In this document: piece by piece, positions 1 to 9,918 of the stretch
Layout of the letters: the number at the start of each line of letters is the position of its first letter
Numbering within the stretch: position 1 is the first letter of the stretch
Source of the DNA: Candidatus Hydrogenedentota bacterium
GTDB lineage: Bacteria > Hydrogenedentota > Hydrogenedentia > Hydrogenedentales > SLHB01
NCBI GenBank assembly: GCA_963674865.2
Contig: CAXXYE010000001.1
Span: forward strand, 1 to 64,000
DNA length: 64,000 nt
Reading direction: 5' to 3'
Program-made: the position numbers and the translations under genes
The notes under the pieces: generated by a model
What the model saw: only the letters and a program-made list of their open reading frames with translations
What the model was told of the DNA's origin: nothing
Databases searched by the model: none

Positions 1-3000
1 CCACCCTCAGGAGTCAATTCCCACCACCACTGAACAGCCGCATCATTCCGTCGCGGAGCCGAGTCGGTTGCCGGCCCCTCTGTGTCGCCGGTTGCAGACA
101 CGCCGCCCGCCGTGATGGGCGCCGAGCTATAGACGTCCACCTTGGCCGCGATCTGGTGCTGGGCGCTCGGCTCGATGGCCCGAGCGTCCTGCAATGATTG
201 CAGAGTACCTACCGCCGCCACCCGCTCTTGCAAGTTTCTCGAGCGAAGCTGTTCGAGTGCTTTGTCAGCCGCGCCCTCCTCGGGCGGCGCGCCGTCGGAG
301 GAAGCAGCGCGTACGACATCTCGCCCGGCCGGCTCCGGCGGCGTAAGTGTCTGTGGGTTCTTGGAGCCAATCTTGGGCGATGCGTCGGCCACGAGGGCGG
401 CGCCCAGTCCTTCAAGGACGGAAATGGCTTCCTTGAGAAACAGCCGGAGATTTGCCAGCCCCTGGGACTCCGGATATGGCACCTTGATATCTTCCAGAGC
501 GCGTTCGGCCTTGGCGGCGTCGTCGGGGCAAGTCGGGGCGGCCAAGAGGATGGCATAGTGCGCGATGGCTCTCGACTCGGGGCCAAAGGGCATTCTTGGC
601 GGCTCATACATGTCCAGGCGCGACTCGTACGCCCGGAGCGCATTCACGTAGGCCTGGAAGAAGAGCGCCTCCTTGCCCTCAATCCGCTCGGAAAGCTCCG
701 GTATTTCGTGAAAGGTCATGGACATGTACATCAACTGGATGGAGCATATTGTCACCTCCTCTTTGCTGTCCCGTAGTCGATTCGTCAGCGTTTCATACGC
801 GTGCAGGAAGCCCTGTCCCGCGTCTTCCCGCTGAAGGAGTTCCGCAAATCCATCGTGGAATATCCGCAGCCGATCGAATCCTCTGAAGATGTCGCCGAGA
901 ATCATCATGTCCATACACAAATCGCCGCCCGAGAAGAACTCATCCGCCAGTTCCACCGTGCTCAGGCTCTGCCAGTATTCGCGCGGCTTGCGCTCGCCTT
1001 TCCAAGGATAGGATCCCTCGTCTTTCGCCCTGAGCAGAAGCCGCTGATAGTCCTGGCGCGCCAGACTCTCCTTCTCTTGGCTGATCTCTTCCTTTCTCTG
1101 GGCAATGTGCTCCAGCGCCGCGCTGATCTCCTCGGCGACATCGTGGGATGCGTCGTCAAGCAGCTCGCGTAGGGGGCGCTCGGCCCGCGGATCTCCAATC
1201 TGCCCCAAAGCCCAGATGACATCACGGTTCACGTCGCCGCTGTCCCGACGCAGGGCCGCCAACAGAGGTTCGACTGATAGCTCGCCCATGCGTATTAGGC
1301 CGCGCAGGACGGGATTATCCAGCCTATATTGTAGGTTCCGCTCGGAAAACGGACGCCGGTTCATAAGGTAGAAGGATATGCCGTCGATCGAATGCACTAA
1401 AGGCTCGATGACGCGCGGGTCCTGGATTTCGGACAAGATCCCAGCAGCCACCCACACTACATAGGGATCTGGATCATCGAGACGTGCGATGAGGGCATCG
1501 AGGACTTCCGGCTCCCTGAAGCCCCTGAGCGAAAGAGCCGCACCGGCCCGCACGTCCTTGTCGCTGTCTTCCAGGGCCTCGATGAGGGGGCAAACCACAT
1601 GCGGGTCCTCGTACCGGCCCAACGCGGACGCCGCGTAATGCCGCACTGTGGCGTTCTCGTCGCGTAAAGCGACTATTAACGCCTCGATGACGCGGGGATC
1701 AGCCATCTCGTGCAGCGCGCCTATGGCCGCGAGTTTGAGCTGCCAGTCGCCCTCCTGCAGGGCCTGGATCAGTGGCTCAATGGAGCGCGAGTCATTGAGC
1801 CGCTCGAGCGCCTGCGCCGCGGCATAGCGCACATTGGTATCGGGATCGTGCTGCAAGACGGTGATGAGAGGCTCGACGGCTTGGGGATCGCTCAACCTCT
1901 GAAGGACACGCGCGGCCTCCAGGCGTTCTCGGGCATCAGTCGAGCTTAGGCCCGCGAGTGCCTCGTCGATAGCCGAGGATTCGGGGGCTGCATGCTCGGC
2001 CAGCAACTTCCAGCGGATGCGGACGCCCGGCGGCATCGAAAAGATGTAGCCGACAATCTGGAGCAGGCCCATTCCTCCCTCGCGCGTCTTGAACATGTAG
2101 GTTTGAGGCAGGTTGCCTATCTGCTCCGTGATGTTGCCGAAACCGAGTTCGCCGCTGCGCAAAGAGGTATTGGATTTCACCTCGGCAGCAGTCGTCCTTT
2201 GCCAATCGGTTTCAGGTGCCGCGCAGAGAAAGGACTCCGTGCTCGCAACGTAGCATTTGTCATGCCGGATCTTGACGGTGATGTCGACGCCGCTCTCCTT
2301 CACCCACGCAAGGAGGGCCTCCGGATCGCGACTTTGCAGCAACTCCCGCGGCACCGCGACGGTTTGCCTCGCGTCCAGGTCGAGAAGCGTGCCTATGCGC
2401 TCGGATGTTGCCTCGCACACGCGCTCAGCGACGCGGCCGAAGCCGTTTTGCTCGTCAGCAGACTCTTGCGCGAGCGCTCGATTCAGGAACTTGTACCTGA
2501 CGTGGATATTGTGGCCTCGAACCTCTGTGATTTCGAAGACGCCGATGTCTCCGTCTATTGTCTTGAAGGCCCACGCATAGGGGACGTGATGAGGCTCGAG
2601 AGCGCCTGTGAGCCCCTCGATCGCTTTTCCGAGCGGGGCGATCGCAACGTCCCTGTTGTGCCGCGCCTCTTCCGGCGCTGACGGCAGGTCCTCTGGCGTT
2701 TCCGCGGCCCACAAATCTGTTTCAGGCATCTCCGCCGTTGTGTAGATCTTGTGGGGCTCCAAGCCGGGGATAGGTTTGAGCGGGCCGCACCAGATCTCCA
2801 TCCCGTGGATTTGCAGTCCTGAAGAGCCCTGCCCGCGTTCCCCAGCCATTCGCGTCCAAGCCAGATATACATAGGTTTCATCCCACCTGACAAAGCTGCC
2901 TGTTGCCAGGTCGAGTACCTTCCCTTCTCGCAAGTGCTCAGGCTTTAGAACGGCTGTGACTCCATTGCCTTCGATGTGCGTGGCCTCTCCCTGGATGTCT

Positions 3001-4151
3001 GTCGCTGCGTCAGGTATTCCTTCATCCGTTTCTGTCTTGGAGTCCTCTCCGGGCCGTGAAGCAGTTTCCTTTTCCCCCAGCGGCAGAGCCAATGCCACGC
3101 CCACAGAAACCAAGCCCGCGAGCACCGTTCCCGCCAGGGCGAGGCGCGTCAGTTTGCGGAGGTAGTCGCGGCGATCGGAAAGAATCGCCTCCACGCGTTT
3201 GATGAAGGCGCTCTTCGAGAGGATGATGCCCGCGGCGAACTCGGAGGCGGGCGTCCGCCGGGGGAGATCCTCGGCCAACCGTGTGAGGAGTTTGGCGTAG
3301 GAGACGGGCGCGATGGCCGACGCGAGGACGGCGTCATCGGCGGCCAGTTCGGCCAAGGCCGCCACCTGCCTCGTGGCCAGCCAGACGAGGGGATGGAAGA
3401 ATAGCAGCGTCCGCACCAGTGCCGCGAACGTCAGGACAAGGGCGTCGTGGCGTTTGGCGTGGGCCGTCTCGTGGAGTCCCACGGCGGCCAGTTCTTCATC
3501 GCTCAGGCGGGCGCCCAGGTCTTCTGGAAGCAGGACGACAGGCCGGAGGAGGCCGACGGTGATCGGTGCGGCCAGTTCCTTCGCCTCGCGAACCTGAATG
3601 GGGCGGATGACACCGAGCCGCTCGCGGGCCAGGCAAAACGCCTTCAGCAGGCGCGCGTCCGTCACTGGCCTCGAATGCCGCTGCCAGGAAGCGATTCGCA
3701 CGTGGCCGGCCACGAACCAGGCCGACAGTGCCGCCGTGCCTGCCATGTAGGCGAGCAAGGCCAGCGCCCAAGGATAGTCCAAGGGACGTAGCGGAGCGGC
3801 AGGGGACTCTGCGGGCGCCTCGGGCAGCGTGATCGCCGTCATCTCGGGAAGGGGCGCTATGGGCGTCGGCAACGCCGACGGGTGCGCCGGCGCCTGGTAC
3901 ACGGGAAGCACATTGACGGGCGCCTGCGGCGTCCCCGTCGAGGTGGCCAACTCGCCCAGTGCGGGCAGGAAAGGGGCCGCGATGAGTGCGGCCAACCAGA
4001 GAAGATGTCGAGCCGATGCCGGCCTTCGACGAAGCCAGTGAGAGACACTTGCTACCGCCAGGAAGAGAATCGATGACTGCCAGAGTACCGCCAACAGGTA
4101 GCGCATCAGCGTGTATCCGGCCCCGTCCAGCCATGCCCACCACGCGTTCAT
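1..4151 (-). CDS. BlaR1/MecR1-type M56 metallopeptidase signal transducer with HEAT repeats (runs off the window edge, >1380 aa)
   Basis: Absent from the ORF track because there is no in-window stop; translated by hand. The ATG at 4151 overlaps the blaI stop (ATGA). It begins MNAWWAWLDGAGYTLMRYLLAVLWQSSIL, has the M56 motif LHETAHAKRHD...FFHPLVW at ~3480-3380 and HEAT repeats (AVEPLITVLQHDPDTNVRYAAAQAL etc.) at ~1960-1110. Confidence 0.88.
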   Translation of the reverse strand, partial: MNAWWAWLDGAGYTLMRYLLAVLWQSSILFLAVASVSHWLRRRPASARHLLWLAALIAAPFLPALGELATSTGTPQAPVNVLPVYQAPAHPSALPTPIAPLPEMTAITLPEAPAESPAAPLRPLDYPWALALLAYMAGTAALSAWFVAGHVRIASWQRHSRPVTDARLLKAFCLARERLGVIRPIQVREAKELAAPITVGLLRPVVLLPEDLGARLSDEELAAVGLHETAHAKRHDALVLTFAALVRTLLFFHPLVWLATRQVAALAELAADDAVLASAIAPVSYAKLLTRLAEDLPRRTPASEFAAGIILSKSAFIKRVEAILSDRRDYLRKLTRLALAGTVLAGLVSVGVALALPLGEKETASRPGEDSKTETDEGIPDAATDIQGEATHIEGNGVTAVLKPEHLREGKVLDLATGSFVRWDETYVYLAWTRMAGERGQGSSGLQIHGMEIWCGPLKPIPGLEPHKIYTTAEMPETDLWAAETPEDLPSAPEEARHNRDVAIAPLGKAIEGLTGALEPHHVPYAWAFKTIDGDIGVFEITEVRGHNIHVRYKFLNRALAQESADEQNGFGRVAERVCEATSERIGTLLDLDARQTVAVPRELLQSRDPEALLAWVKESGVDITVKIRHDKCYVASTESFLCAAPETDWQRTTAAEVKSNTSLRSGELGFGNITEQIGNLPQTYMFKTREGGMGLLQIVGYIFSMPPGVRIRWKLLAEHAAPESSAIDEALAGLSSTDARERLEAARVLQRLSDPQAVEPLITVLQHDPDTNVRYAAAQALERLNDSRSIEPLIQALQEGDWQLKLAAIGALHEMADPRVIEALIVALRDENATVRHYAASALGRYEDPHVVCPLIEALEDSDKDVRAGAALSLRGFREPEVLDALIARLDDPDPYVVWVAAGILSEIQDPRVIEPLVHSIDGISFYLMNRRPFSERNLQYRLDNPVLRGLIRMGELSVEPLLAALRRDSGDVNRDVIWALGQIGDPRAERPLRELLDDASHDVAEEISAALEHIAQRKEEISQEKESLARQDYQRLLLRAKDEGSYPWKGERKPREYWQSLSTVELADEFFSGGDLCMDMMILGDIFRGFDRLRIFHDGFAELLQREDAGQGFLHAYETLTNRLRDSKEEVTICSIQLMYMSMTFHEIPELSERIEGKEALFFQAYVNALRAYESRLDMYEPPRMPFGPESRAIAHYAILLAAPTCPDDAAKAERALEDIKVPYPESQGLANLRLFLKEAISVLEGLGAALVADASPKIGSKNPQTLTPPEPAGRDVVRAASSDGAPPEEGAADKALEQLRSRNLQERVAAVGTLQSLQDARAIEPSAQHQIAAKVDVYSSAPITAGGVSATGDTEGPATDSAPRRNDAAVQWWWELTPEG

Positions 4152-4543
4152 TTCTCTTTGTTCTCCTCGTGCCGGCGGACGAGCCGGCGGGCCTCCGCCA
4201 GATCGTCCTTGCCAACCATCCCCTGTGAAACCAGCGCCGCTACCAGGCTCGACGCCGACCCTTCAAAGACGCGGTTGATGACGTCCTTGAGAATGCGCGT
4301 CTTGGCCTGATCCGCCGGAATGATGGCGCGGTAGGCGTATCCACGGCCTACGCGGCGGCGTTTGATGTAGTTCTTGTCCTGCAGGATACCGAGCATGGTG
4401 CGGACGCTAGGCAGGGCGAGAGGGCGGCCCGCTTTTTCGAGGGCGTCGGCGATGGCCTCGACTGTCACTTCGGATTCGCCCCACACCACCTGCATGATCT
4501 CGAGTTCCAACTCCGTCAGTGTCCGGCTCTTTCTGCGCGCCAT
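4148..4543 (-). CDS. BlaI/MecI/CopY family transcriptional repressor
   Basis: LTELELEIMQVVW...SVRTMLGILQDK...GRGYAY...RVFEGSASSLVAALV; directly upstream of the M56 gene. Confidence 0.93.
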   Translation of the reverse strand: MARRKSRTLTELELEIMQVVWGESEVTVEAIADALEKAGRPLALPSVRTMLGILQDKNYIKRRRVGRGYAYRAIIPADQAKTRILKDVINRVFEGSASSLVAALVSQGMVGKDDLAEARRLVRRHEENKEK

Positions 4544-4586
4544 GGTGCTCCTCCCAGATTCAGCGGTATAGCCGTTCGTGCGCCCA

Positions 4587-4660
4587 ATCGCGAATTCGTT
4601 CGCCCATCAATCTAGCATGGCGCCGGCGGGCTGTCAATAGGTATCGCGAATTTTTTCGCG
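4587..4660 (-). promoter_or_regulatory. sigma70 promoter of blaI flanked by two GCGAA-N4-TTCGC operators
   Basis: Minus-strand TTGACA (4637-4632), 17 nt, TAGATT (4614-4609) with an extended TG; inverted repeats at 4590-4603 and 4646-4659. Confidence 0.7.
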
Positions 4661-4800
4661 GCTCCGCTTCCGCCTCAGGCGGCCACACACGTGCCGCTCT
4701 CCTTGAGGCGCAGGACTGACGCGGCTAGAATCGTAACCAGAGTGGCTGCGCGTCGCGGACGCGGTAAGGCTGCTTCGTGTAGTGGAGGGAAATCGCAAGA

Positions 4801-6492
4801 GTGAACGTGCTTTCTCACGGCGTCCCGTTCGACAACGGCTATGGCCCGCTGGAGCTGTACGGCGGGCCGCATGATATCCGTTCTCTGGGTGGACATGACG
4901 CCGAGGGCTATCAGCAGGACTATCGCTACGATGCCTTAGGCGAGTGTTGCGCGGATATCATTGGCCGGGTTGCCAAGGACTGGCCGCCCGACTTGCTCAT
5001 CTGCTGGTATCCCGAGAAGATCCCCCCGCCGCGGCATATCGAGGACGCGCCGGTGCGCACCATCGGCATCGCGTCCGATTGGAACCTTTTCTATCCGGCC
5101 CTCGAGAAGAATCTCGCCCGCTTCGACGTGGTTCTCTGCGATAAGCCGGGCGTCGAGGTGCTCGCCAACGACCTGGTATCGCCGCAGTACCTCTTCCCCC
5201 TCTATGCACAAGACAGCCGCGTACACGTGCCTAATCCTGTCGAAAAGGACTTCGACGTGGTGTACATCGGCGCTCAGAATCCCGCGCTTCGCCCGGAACG
5301 CTCGCGGTACCTTGAGCGATTGGCCAAGCTTTCGGATGAATTCCGTATCTTCATCGGCACGGGCGTCGAGGGCGACGCCTACGCCCGGATGCTCTCCCGG
5401 GCGCGTATCATCTTCAATCACTCGGTGCGTGGCGAACTCAACCTACGCGTCTTCGAGGCCCTTGCCTGCGGCTCCCTGCTGTTTGTGGAGGAAGTCAATG
5501 CCGAAGCGCCCGGGTGGCTGCGTGATGGTGTCGATGTCGTGCTCTACAATGAGGACAACTTCGAGGAGCGCCTGCGCCACTACCTCTTACGCCCGGCGGA
5601 GGCCGAAGCCATCACCGCCCGAGGACACTCCCGGGCTTCCGAGTTTGCCGGCGAGAACCGGCTCACCGTCCTTATCGACTGGGCCGCCGAGCAGTCCGGC
5701 GGCGGGCGGCGATTCCGCGACCTCCCGCCGGCCGAGCGGGCGTTTCAGGATATCCTGCTCTATGGCTACTCATGGCTGGAGCCTTATCGGAGCGTCGAGA
5801 AGGCGCTGATGACGCGCTTCGTCAGCACCTATCCCGAAGAGCCGCGCGCGTGGACGGCCGTGGCGCGTTACCTTATCAATCCTTACCTGGCGGCGGAGAA
5901 GGCATCGATTAGGCAGCCCTGCCTAAACGCGCTCGACAGGGCCCATAGCCTCGCCCCCGCGTCGGCGCCGTATGCCATCAATGCCGCGTGGGGGCACGCG
6001 TGGTTCGATGAGGAGGCCGCCGCCATCAAGGCATTGGAGGCGGCGCTAGATGCCGATTCCCTAGAAGGGGCCGACTTGCTCGTCGGCGAGTATCTCGACC
6101 CCTTCTGGAACCGCTGGCTTGGAGCCGTTGCGCGTAAGCGGGCAAGCCTAGGCATGCTACGCGCGGAAGCGCATGTTCGCCTGGCTCATCTGCTCGCCCA
6201 TAAGGGCAGACGCCGCGAAGCCGAGAGCCACCTGGACGAGGCCGCCGCGTTTGACGGCGAGAACCGGAATGGCGTTGTCCTGTTGGGCGAGCTTCTCTGG
6301 CAGTCCGGACGCCGAAGTGAGGCGGCCGACCTGCTCCTGGGCCAACTGCCGCATATGCCGTTCGCGTTTGACAGCCGCAGCCGCCTGACAGGCATGCTGC
6401 GCGAGCTTGGCCGCTCGCAGGAGGCCGATGCACTCGAGGACGAGAGCCGCCGTATTGCGAAGGCGTGCTCACGGGCCCCGGGAGCCGTCTGA
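4801..6492 (+). CDS. CgeB/Glyco_trans_1_2-type glycosyltransferase with C-terminal TPR-like repeats
   Basis: YARMLSRARIIFNHSVRGELNLRVFEALACGSLL motif; helical TPR-like C-terminus. Confidence 0.8.
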   Translation: MNVLSHGVPFDNGYGPLELYGGPHDIRSLGGHDAEGYQQDYRYDALGECCADIIGRVAKDWPPDLLICWYPEKIPPPRHIEDAPVRTIGIASDWNLFYPALEKNLARFDVVLCDKPGVEVLANDLVSPQYLFPLYAQDSRVHVPNPVEKDFDVVYIGAQNPALRPERSRYLERLAKLSDEFRIFIGTGVEGDAYARMLSRARIIFNHSVRGELNLRVFEALACGSLLFVEEVNAEAPGWLRDGVDVVLYNEDNFEERLRHYLLRPAEAEAITARGHSRASEFAGENRLTVLIDWAAEQSGGGRRFRDLPPAERAFQDILLYGYSWLEPYRSVEKALMTRFVSTYPEEPRAWTAVARYLINPYLAAEKASIRQPCLNALDRAHSLAPASAPYAINAAWGHAWFDEEAAAIKALEAALDADSLEGADLLVGEYLDPFWNRWLGAVARKRASLGMLRAEAHVRLAHLLAHKGRRREAESHLDEAAAFDGENRNGVVLLGELLWQSGRRSEAADLLLGQLPHMPFAFDSRSRLTGMLRELGRSQEADALEDESRRIAKACSRAPGAV

Positions 6493-6589
6493 GCCCACGG
6501 CCCCGGCTGCCTGGGCTGACTTATGGTGGGCCAAACATGCTATACTAGCCCCTCTTGCCGGGGGCGGCGGTTCTTTGGAGGGAGAGACT

Positions 6590-7537
6590 ATGGCGCTTCA
6601 GCTTGGCAGGGCGACAGGGATTGCAATGCGGACGGCCCCCTACGCGCTTTACCGCGGGGGGATCTGCCTGGCCATGGGCGTATGCGGCGTGGCGATTCTC
6701 GGCGTGCTCGGAGTCATCGGGCATGTATTCGGCGAAGGCGCGTTCTGGGTCAGTCTCGGCTTGGTCTTGCTGCTCAGTGCCGTGCTTGGGCTGCTTAATT
6801 TCGGCCTCTTCCACCTATCCATCAAACCGAAGGCGGGCCATATCGCCCTCCTTACCGAGGTCGTCAATGAAGGCCTCGCGCCGCCCGGGATCGCGCAATT
6901 GGACTGGTGCAAGCGCCAACAGCCGCTTCGGTTCAAAGAGGCGGGCACATTTCGGTTGTTTCGCTCCCTGGTGAAGCAGGCCATGCTGGACATTCACCGC
7001 GGGCCGCTGGAGGTGCGGGCGGCCGTGCCCTTCCCCGGAATGGAAGGCTCGGAGCGTGCGCAAGGATGGGCCGTTCACCTTGCACTGCGCTATCTCGACG
7101 AGTTGATCCTCGGCTATGCCTTTCGCGGGCAGGAAGACGACGTGTTTGAGTCGGCCCAGAAGGGGATTCTCCTCTATTGCAGTCGCTGGCGCCGCCTCTT
7201 CGAAGACGCCTTCCGGCTTACTCTGCTCGCCTATGGCGTGGGGTTCTTCACCGCCTGCGCGTTCATGCTTCCCTTGGGCGTCGTGGCCTCGTCGCTGCCG
7301 CCTGCGTGGATGACCACGCGCTTCATCCTCTATGCGGTAGCGCTGTTCTTGGGGCTATCCGCGAAGTGGATCGTATTCGACCCGATTGCCCATACCTCCC
7401 TTCTCATTACATTCTTCGAAGAGACCGCGAAGGTAACGCCCGATGACGCTTGGGAGGAATCGCTTGTAGAGGAGAGTGAAGCCTTCTGCCGGATCAAGGA
7501 GCTGGCCGAGGAGGGGTTCGAACCGGACCTTTCATAG
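6590..7537 (+). CDS. Uncharacterised multi-pass membrane protein
   Basis: SD GGAGGGAG before ATG 6590; about 4 hydrophobic segments. Confidence 0.7.
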   Translation: MALQLGRATGIAMRTAPYALYRGGICLAMGVCGVAILGVLGVIGHVFGEGAFWVSLGLVLLLSAVLGLLNFGLFHLSIKPKAGHIALLTEVVNEGLAPPGIAQLDWCKRQQPLRFKEAGTFRLFRSLVKQAMLDIHRGPLEVRAAVPFPGMEGSERAQGWAVHLALRYLDELILGYAFRGQEDDVFESAQKGILLYCSRWRRLFEDAFRLTLLAYGVGFFTACAFMLPLGVVASSLPPAWMTTRFILYAVALFLGLSAKWIVFDPIAHTSLLITFFEETAKVTPDDAWEESLVEESEAFCRIKELAEEGFEPDLS

Positions 7538-7699
7538 ACGTGCTGCGGGCGTGAGGGGCACGGCGGAATAAGTGGCTCGAATTCAGAGTTCTACTTGGCG
7601 GGGACTGAAGAAGGCTCTGTGTACACGAGGGGGCGCGTTCGCCTCCTCATCGTTTTTTCAGGAATGCAATCCGTGGATACCAAAGAGAGGAGTCTCAGA

Positions 7700-8200
7700 A
7701 TGAAGACCGACAAGAACCTGGAAGCCGCGTTTGCCGGCGAAAGTCAGGCCAACCGAAAGTACTTGGCGTTTGCCGAGAAGGCCGACAAAGACGGATTCCC
7801 ACAAGTGGCGAAGCTGTTTCGGGCCATCGGCGCGGCGGAGACAGTTCATGCCCATGCCCATCTTCGTGCCATGGGAGGGATCAAGGATACGGCGGACAAC
7901 GTGCAGGCTGCCATCGACGGCGAAGCTCACGAGTTCAAGAGCATGTATCCCGAATTTCTTGCCGCCGCCGAGGCGGAGGGAGAGAAGCGGGCGGCAACCA
8001 GTTTCCGTTATGCACTCGCCGTCGAGGAGATCCATCACGGGTACTACGAAAAGGCGCTCGAGCAGATAAGAGCAGGCAGCGACCTGGCCGAGGCGGCCCT
8101 CTTCGTGTGCCCCGTGTGCGGCAACACCGTGTTCGGTGAAGCGCCTGACAAGTGCGAGATTTGCGGCGTGTCCAAGGAGAAGTTCTTCGAGGTGAAGTGA
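7700..8200 (+). CDS. rbr: Rubrerythrin
   Basis: NLEAAFAGESQANRKY, EHxH-type diiron ligands (ETVHA, EEIHH), C-terminal CPVCG...CEICG. Confidence 0.95.
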   Translation: MKTDKNLEAAFAGESQANRKYLAFAEKADKDGFPQVAKLFRAIGAAETVHAHAHLRAMGGIKDTADNVQAAIDGEAHEFKSMYPEFLAAAEAEGEKRAATSFRYALAVEEIHHGYYEKALEQIRAGSDLAEAALFVCPVCGNTVFGEAPDKCEICGVSKEKFFEVK

Positions 8201-8289
8201 GCCTCGGAGTCTCCCTGGGAGGCGGCAATCGCAGAAGCCCCGGATTCGTCTAGGCAAGGCAGGCCGCCGGGCGCTTTCGGAGGAGAAGT

Positions 8290-9795
8290 ATGTCAGATCA
8301 AGTGAAGAAGGCCTGGATCTGCAACGTGTGCGGCTACGTGCACCGCGGGCCCGAGCCGCCTGACACGTGTCCCGTCTGTGGGGCTTCCAGTGACGACTTC
8401 GAGCCTTACGAGGAGGCGCCCGAAGCGCCCGCCGCCGTGTCGAGCCAATGGCGGTGCCTCGTATGTGATTACGTTCACCAAGGCGATGTGCCTCCGGAGA
8501 AATGCCCTTTGTGCAGTGCCCCGGCGGGCCGTTTTGAGCCGTTCGAGGGCGCCGGGCCAGACGCAGAGGGCGACGGCGCCTGCTCACGGGCGGTGGTCAT
8601 CGGCGGGGGCATTGCCGCTGTTTCGGCCGTGGAGGCGCTGCACCAGGCGGCGCCGCACGCCGAAATCACGATGATCTCCACAGAATCCGGCCTGCCCTAT
8701 TACCGACTGAATCTGACGAGATACCTGGCCGGCGAAGTCCAGGCGGAGGACCTGCCGATCCACCCTGAGTCGTGGTACGGCGACAACAACGCGCACCTCA
8801 GGATGGGCACGAGCGTCGATGCTATCGACCTCGATGGCCGCCAGGTCGCTCTGGCCGATGGGGCGGCCGTGTCCTTTGAGAAGCTCATCATTGCGGCCGG
8901 CGCCCATCCCTTCATGCCTCCCATTCCCGGCGCTTCCCGCGAAGGCGTATTCACCGTGCGAACGATCCTCGATGCGGACGCCCTGCTGGCGGCCGTATCC
9001 CGGGGAGGCCGGTGCGTTTGCCTCGGCGGGGGGATCTTGGGACTGGAGACGGCGGGGGCGCTGGCCAAGCGCGGCGTCCAAGTGGAGCTCCTGGAGGGCG
9101 TTCCACGCTTGCTGCCGCGGCAGTTGAATGAACAGGCAGCCGAGATCCTTGAAGGCTACGTCAACGGACTGGGCATCAAGGTGCGCACCGGTGTCTCCGT
9201 GGAAGCCTTTCTGGGCGACGAACGGATACGGGCGGTGCGGCTGGAGGACGGCGCCGAGATTCCGGCGGACGCTGTGTGCGTCACCACCGGGGTCCGCCCG
9301 AACAGCTACCTGGCGCGACGCGCAGGCTTGCGCGTGAATCACGGCATCATCGTGGATAACCTCATGCGGACCTCCCATCCGGATGTCTTCGCCGCGGGCG
9401 ATGTTGCCGAACACGGCGGGATTCTCTACGGCCTCTGGATGCCTGCCCTCTACCAGGGAAGCATGGCGGGGGCGAACGCTGCGGGGACGGAGCGCGAATT
9501 TGGCGGCATGCCGCGGGCCAACACACTCAAGGTATTAGGCCTGGATCTGTTCAGTATCGGCGTGGCCGTGCCCGAAGATGCCAGCTACCGAAGCTCTTCC
9601 GAAGAACGCGAGGGCGGATACTTCCACTTCGTCTTCCGAGATACACACCTCGTCGGGGCGATTCTTCTCGGCGACACGAGCCTGGCCGCGGCAGTAAGCA
9701 AGGCCATTGAGCATCGCGCCGACTTCTCGGCCCTCTTGCGGGGGAGGCCGTCAGTGGCGGCAATTCTCGGCCATTTGGCGCAGAACGCGCAATAA
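8290..9795 (+). CDS. FAD-dependent NAD(P)H:rubredoxin oxidoreductase-like protein fused to two N-terminal rubredoxin-like domains
   Basis: WICNVCGY..CPVCG and WRCLVCDY..CPLCS; GGGIAA and GGGILGLE Rossmann motifs; TSHPDVFAAGD. Confidence 0.88.
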   Translation: MSDQVKKAWICNVCGYVHRGPEPPDTCPVCGASSDDFEPYEEAPEAPAAVSSQWRCLVCDYVHQGDVPPEKCPLCSAPAGRFEPFEGAGPDAEGDGACSRAVVIGGGIAAVSAVEALHQAAPHAEITMISTESGLPYYRLNLTRYLAGEVQAEDLPIHPESWYGDNNAHLRMGTSVDAIDLDGRQVALADGAAVSFEKLIIAAGAHPFMPPIPGASREGVFTVRTILDADALLAAVSRGGRCVCLGGGILGLETAGALAKRGVQVELLEGVPRLLPRQLNEQAAEILEGYVNGLGIKVRTGVSVEAFLGDERIRAVRLEDGAEIPADAVCVTTGVRPNSYLARRAGLRVNHGIIVDNLMRTSHPDVFAAGDVAEHGGILYGLWMPALYQGSMAGANAAGTEREFGGMPRANTLKVLGLDLFSIGVAVPEDASYRSSSEEREGGYFHFVFRDTHLVGAILLGDTSLAAAVSKAIEHRADFSALLRGRPSVAAILGHLAQNAQ

Positions 9796-9918
9796 GCGCG
9801 GCGGAGCAATCCGCGCCTTCTCAAGAGGCGCCGCCGACACGCGGTATCGATCACTTGACACGGTGAGGGGCATACGGATAGTTTTGCTGGGGCCTTCAAA
9901 GGGAAAGGGGAGAACACG

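Noticed and set aside
142..3791. Many short ORFs on both strands (e.g. 198..776, 1992..2681)
   Set aside because: Shadows of the long minus-strand M56-HEAT reading frame
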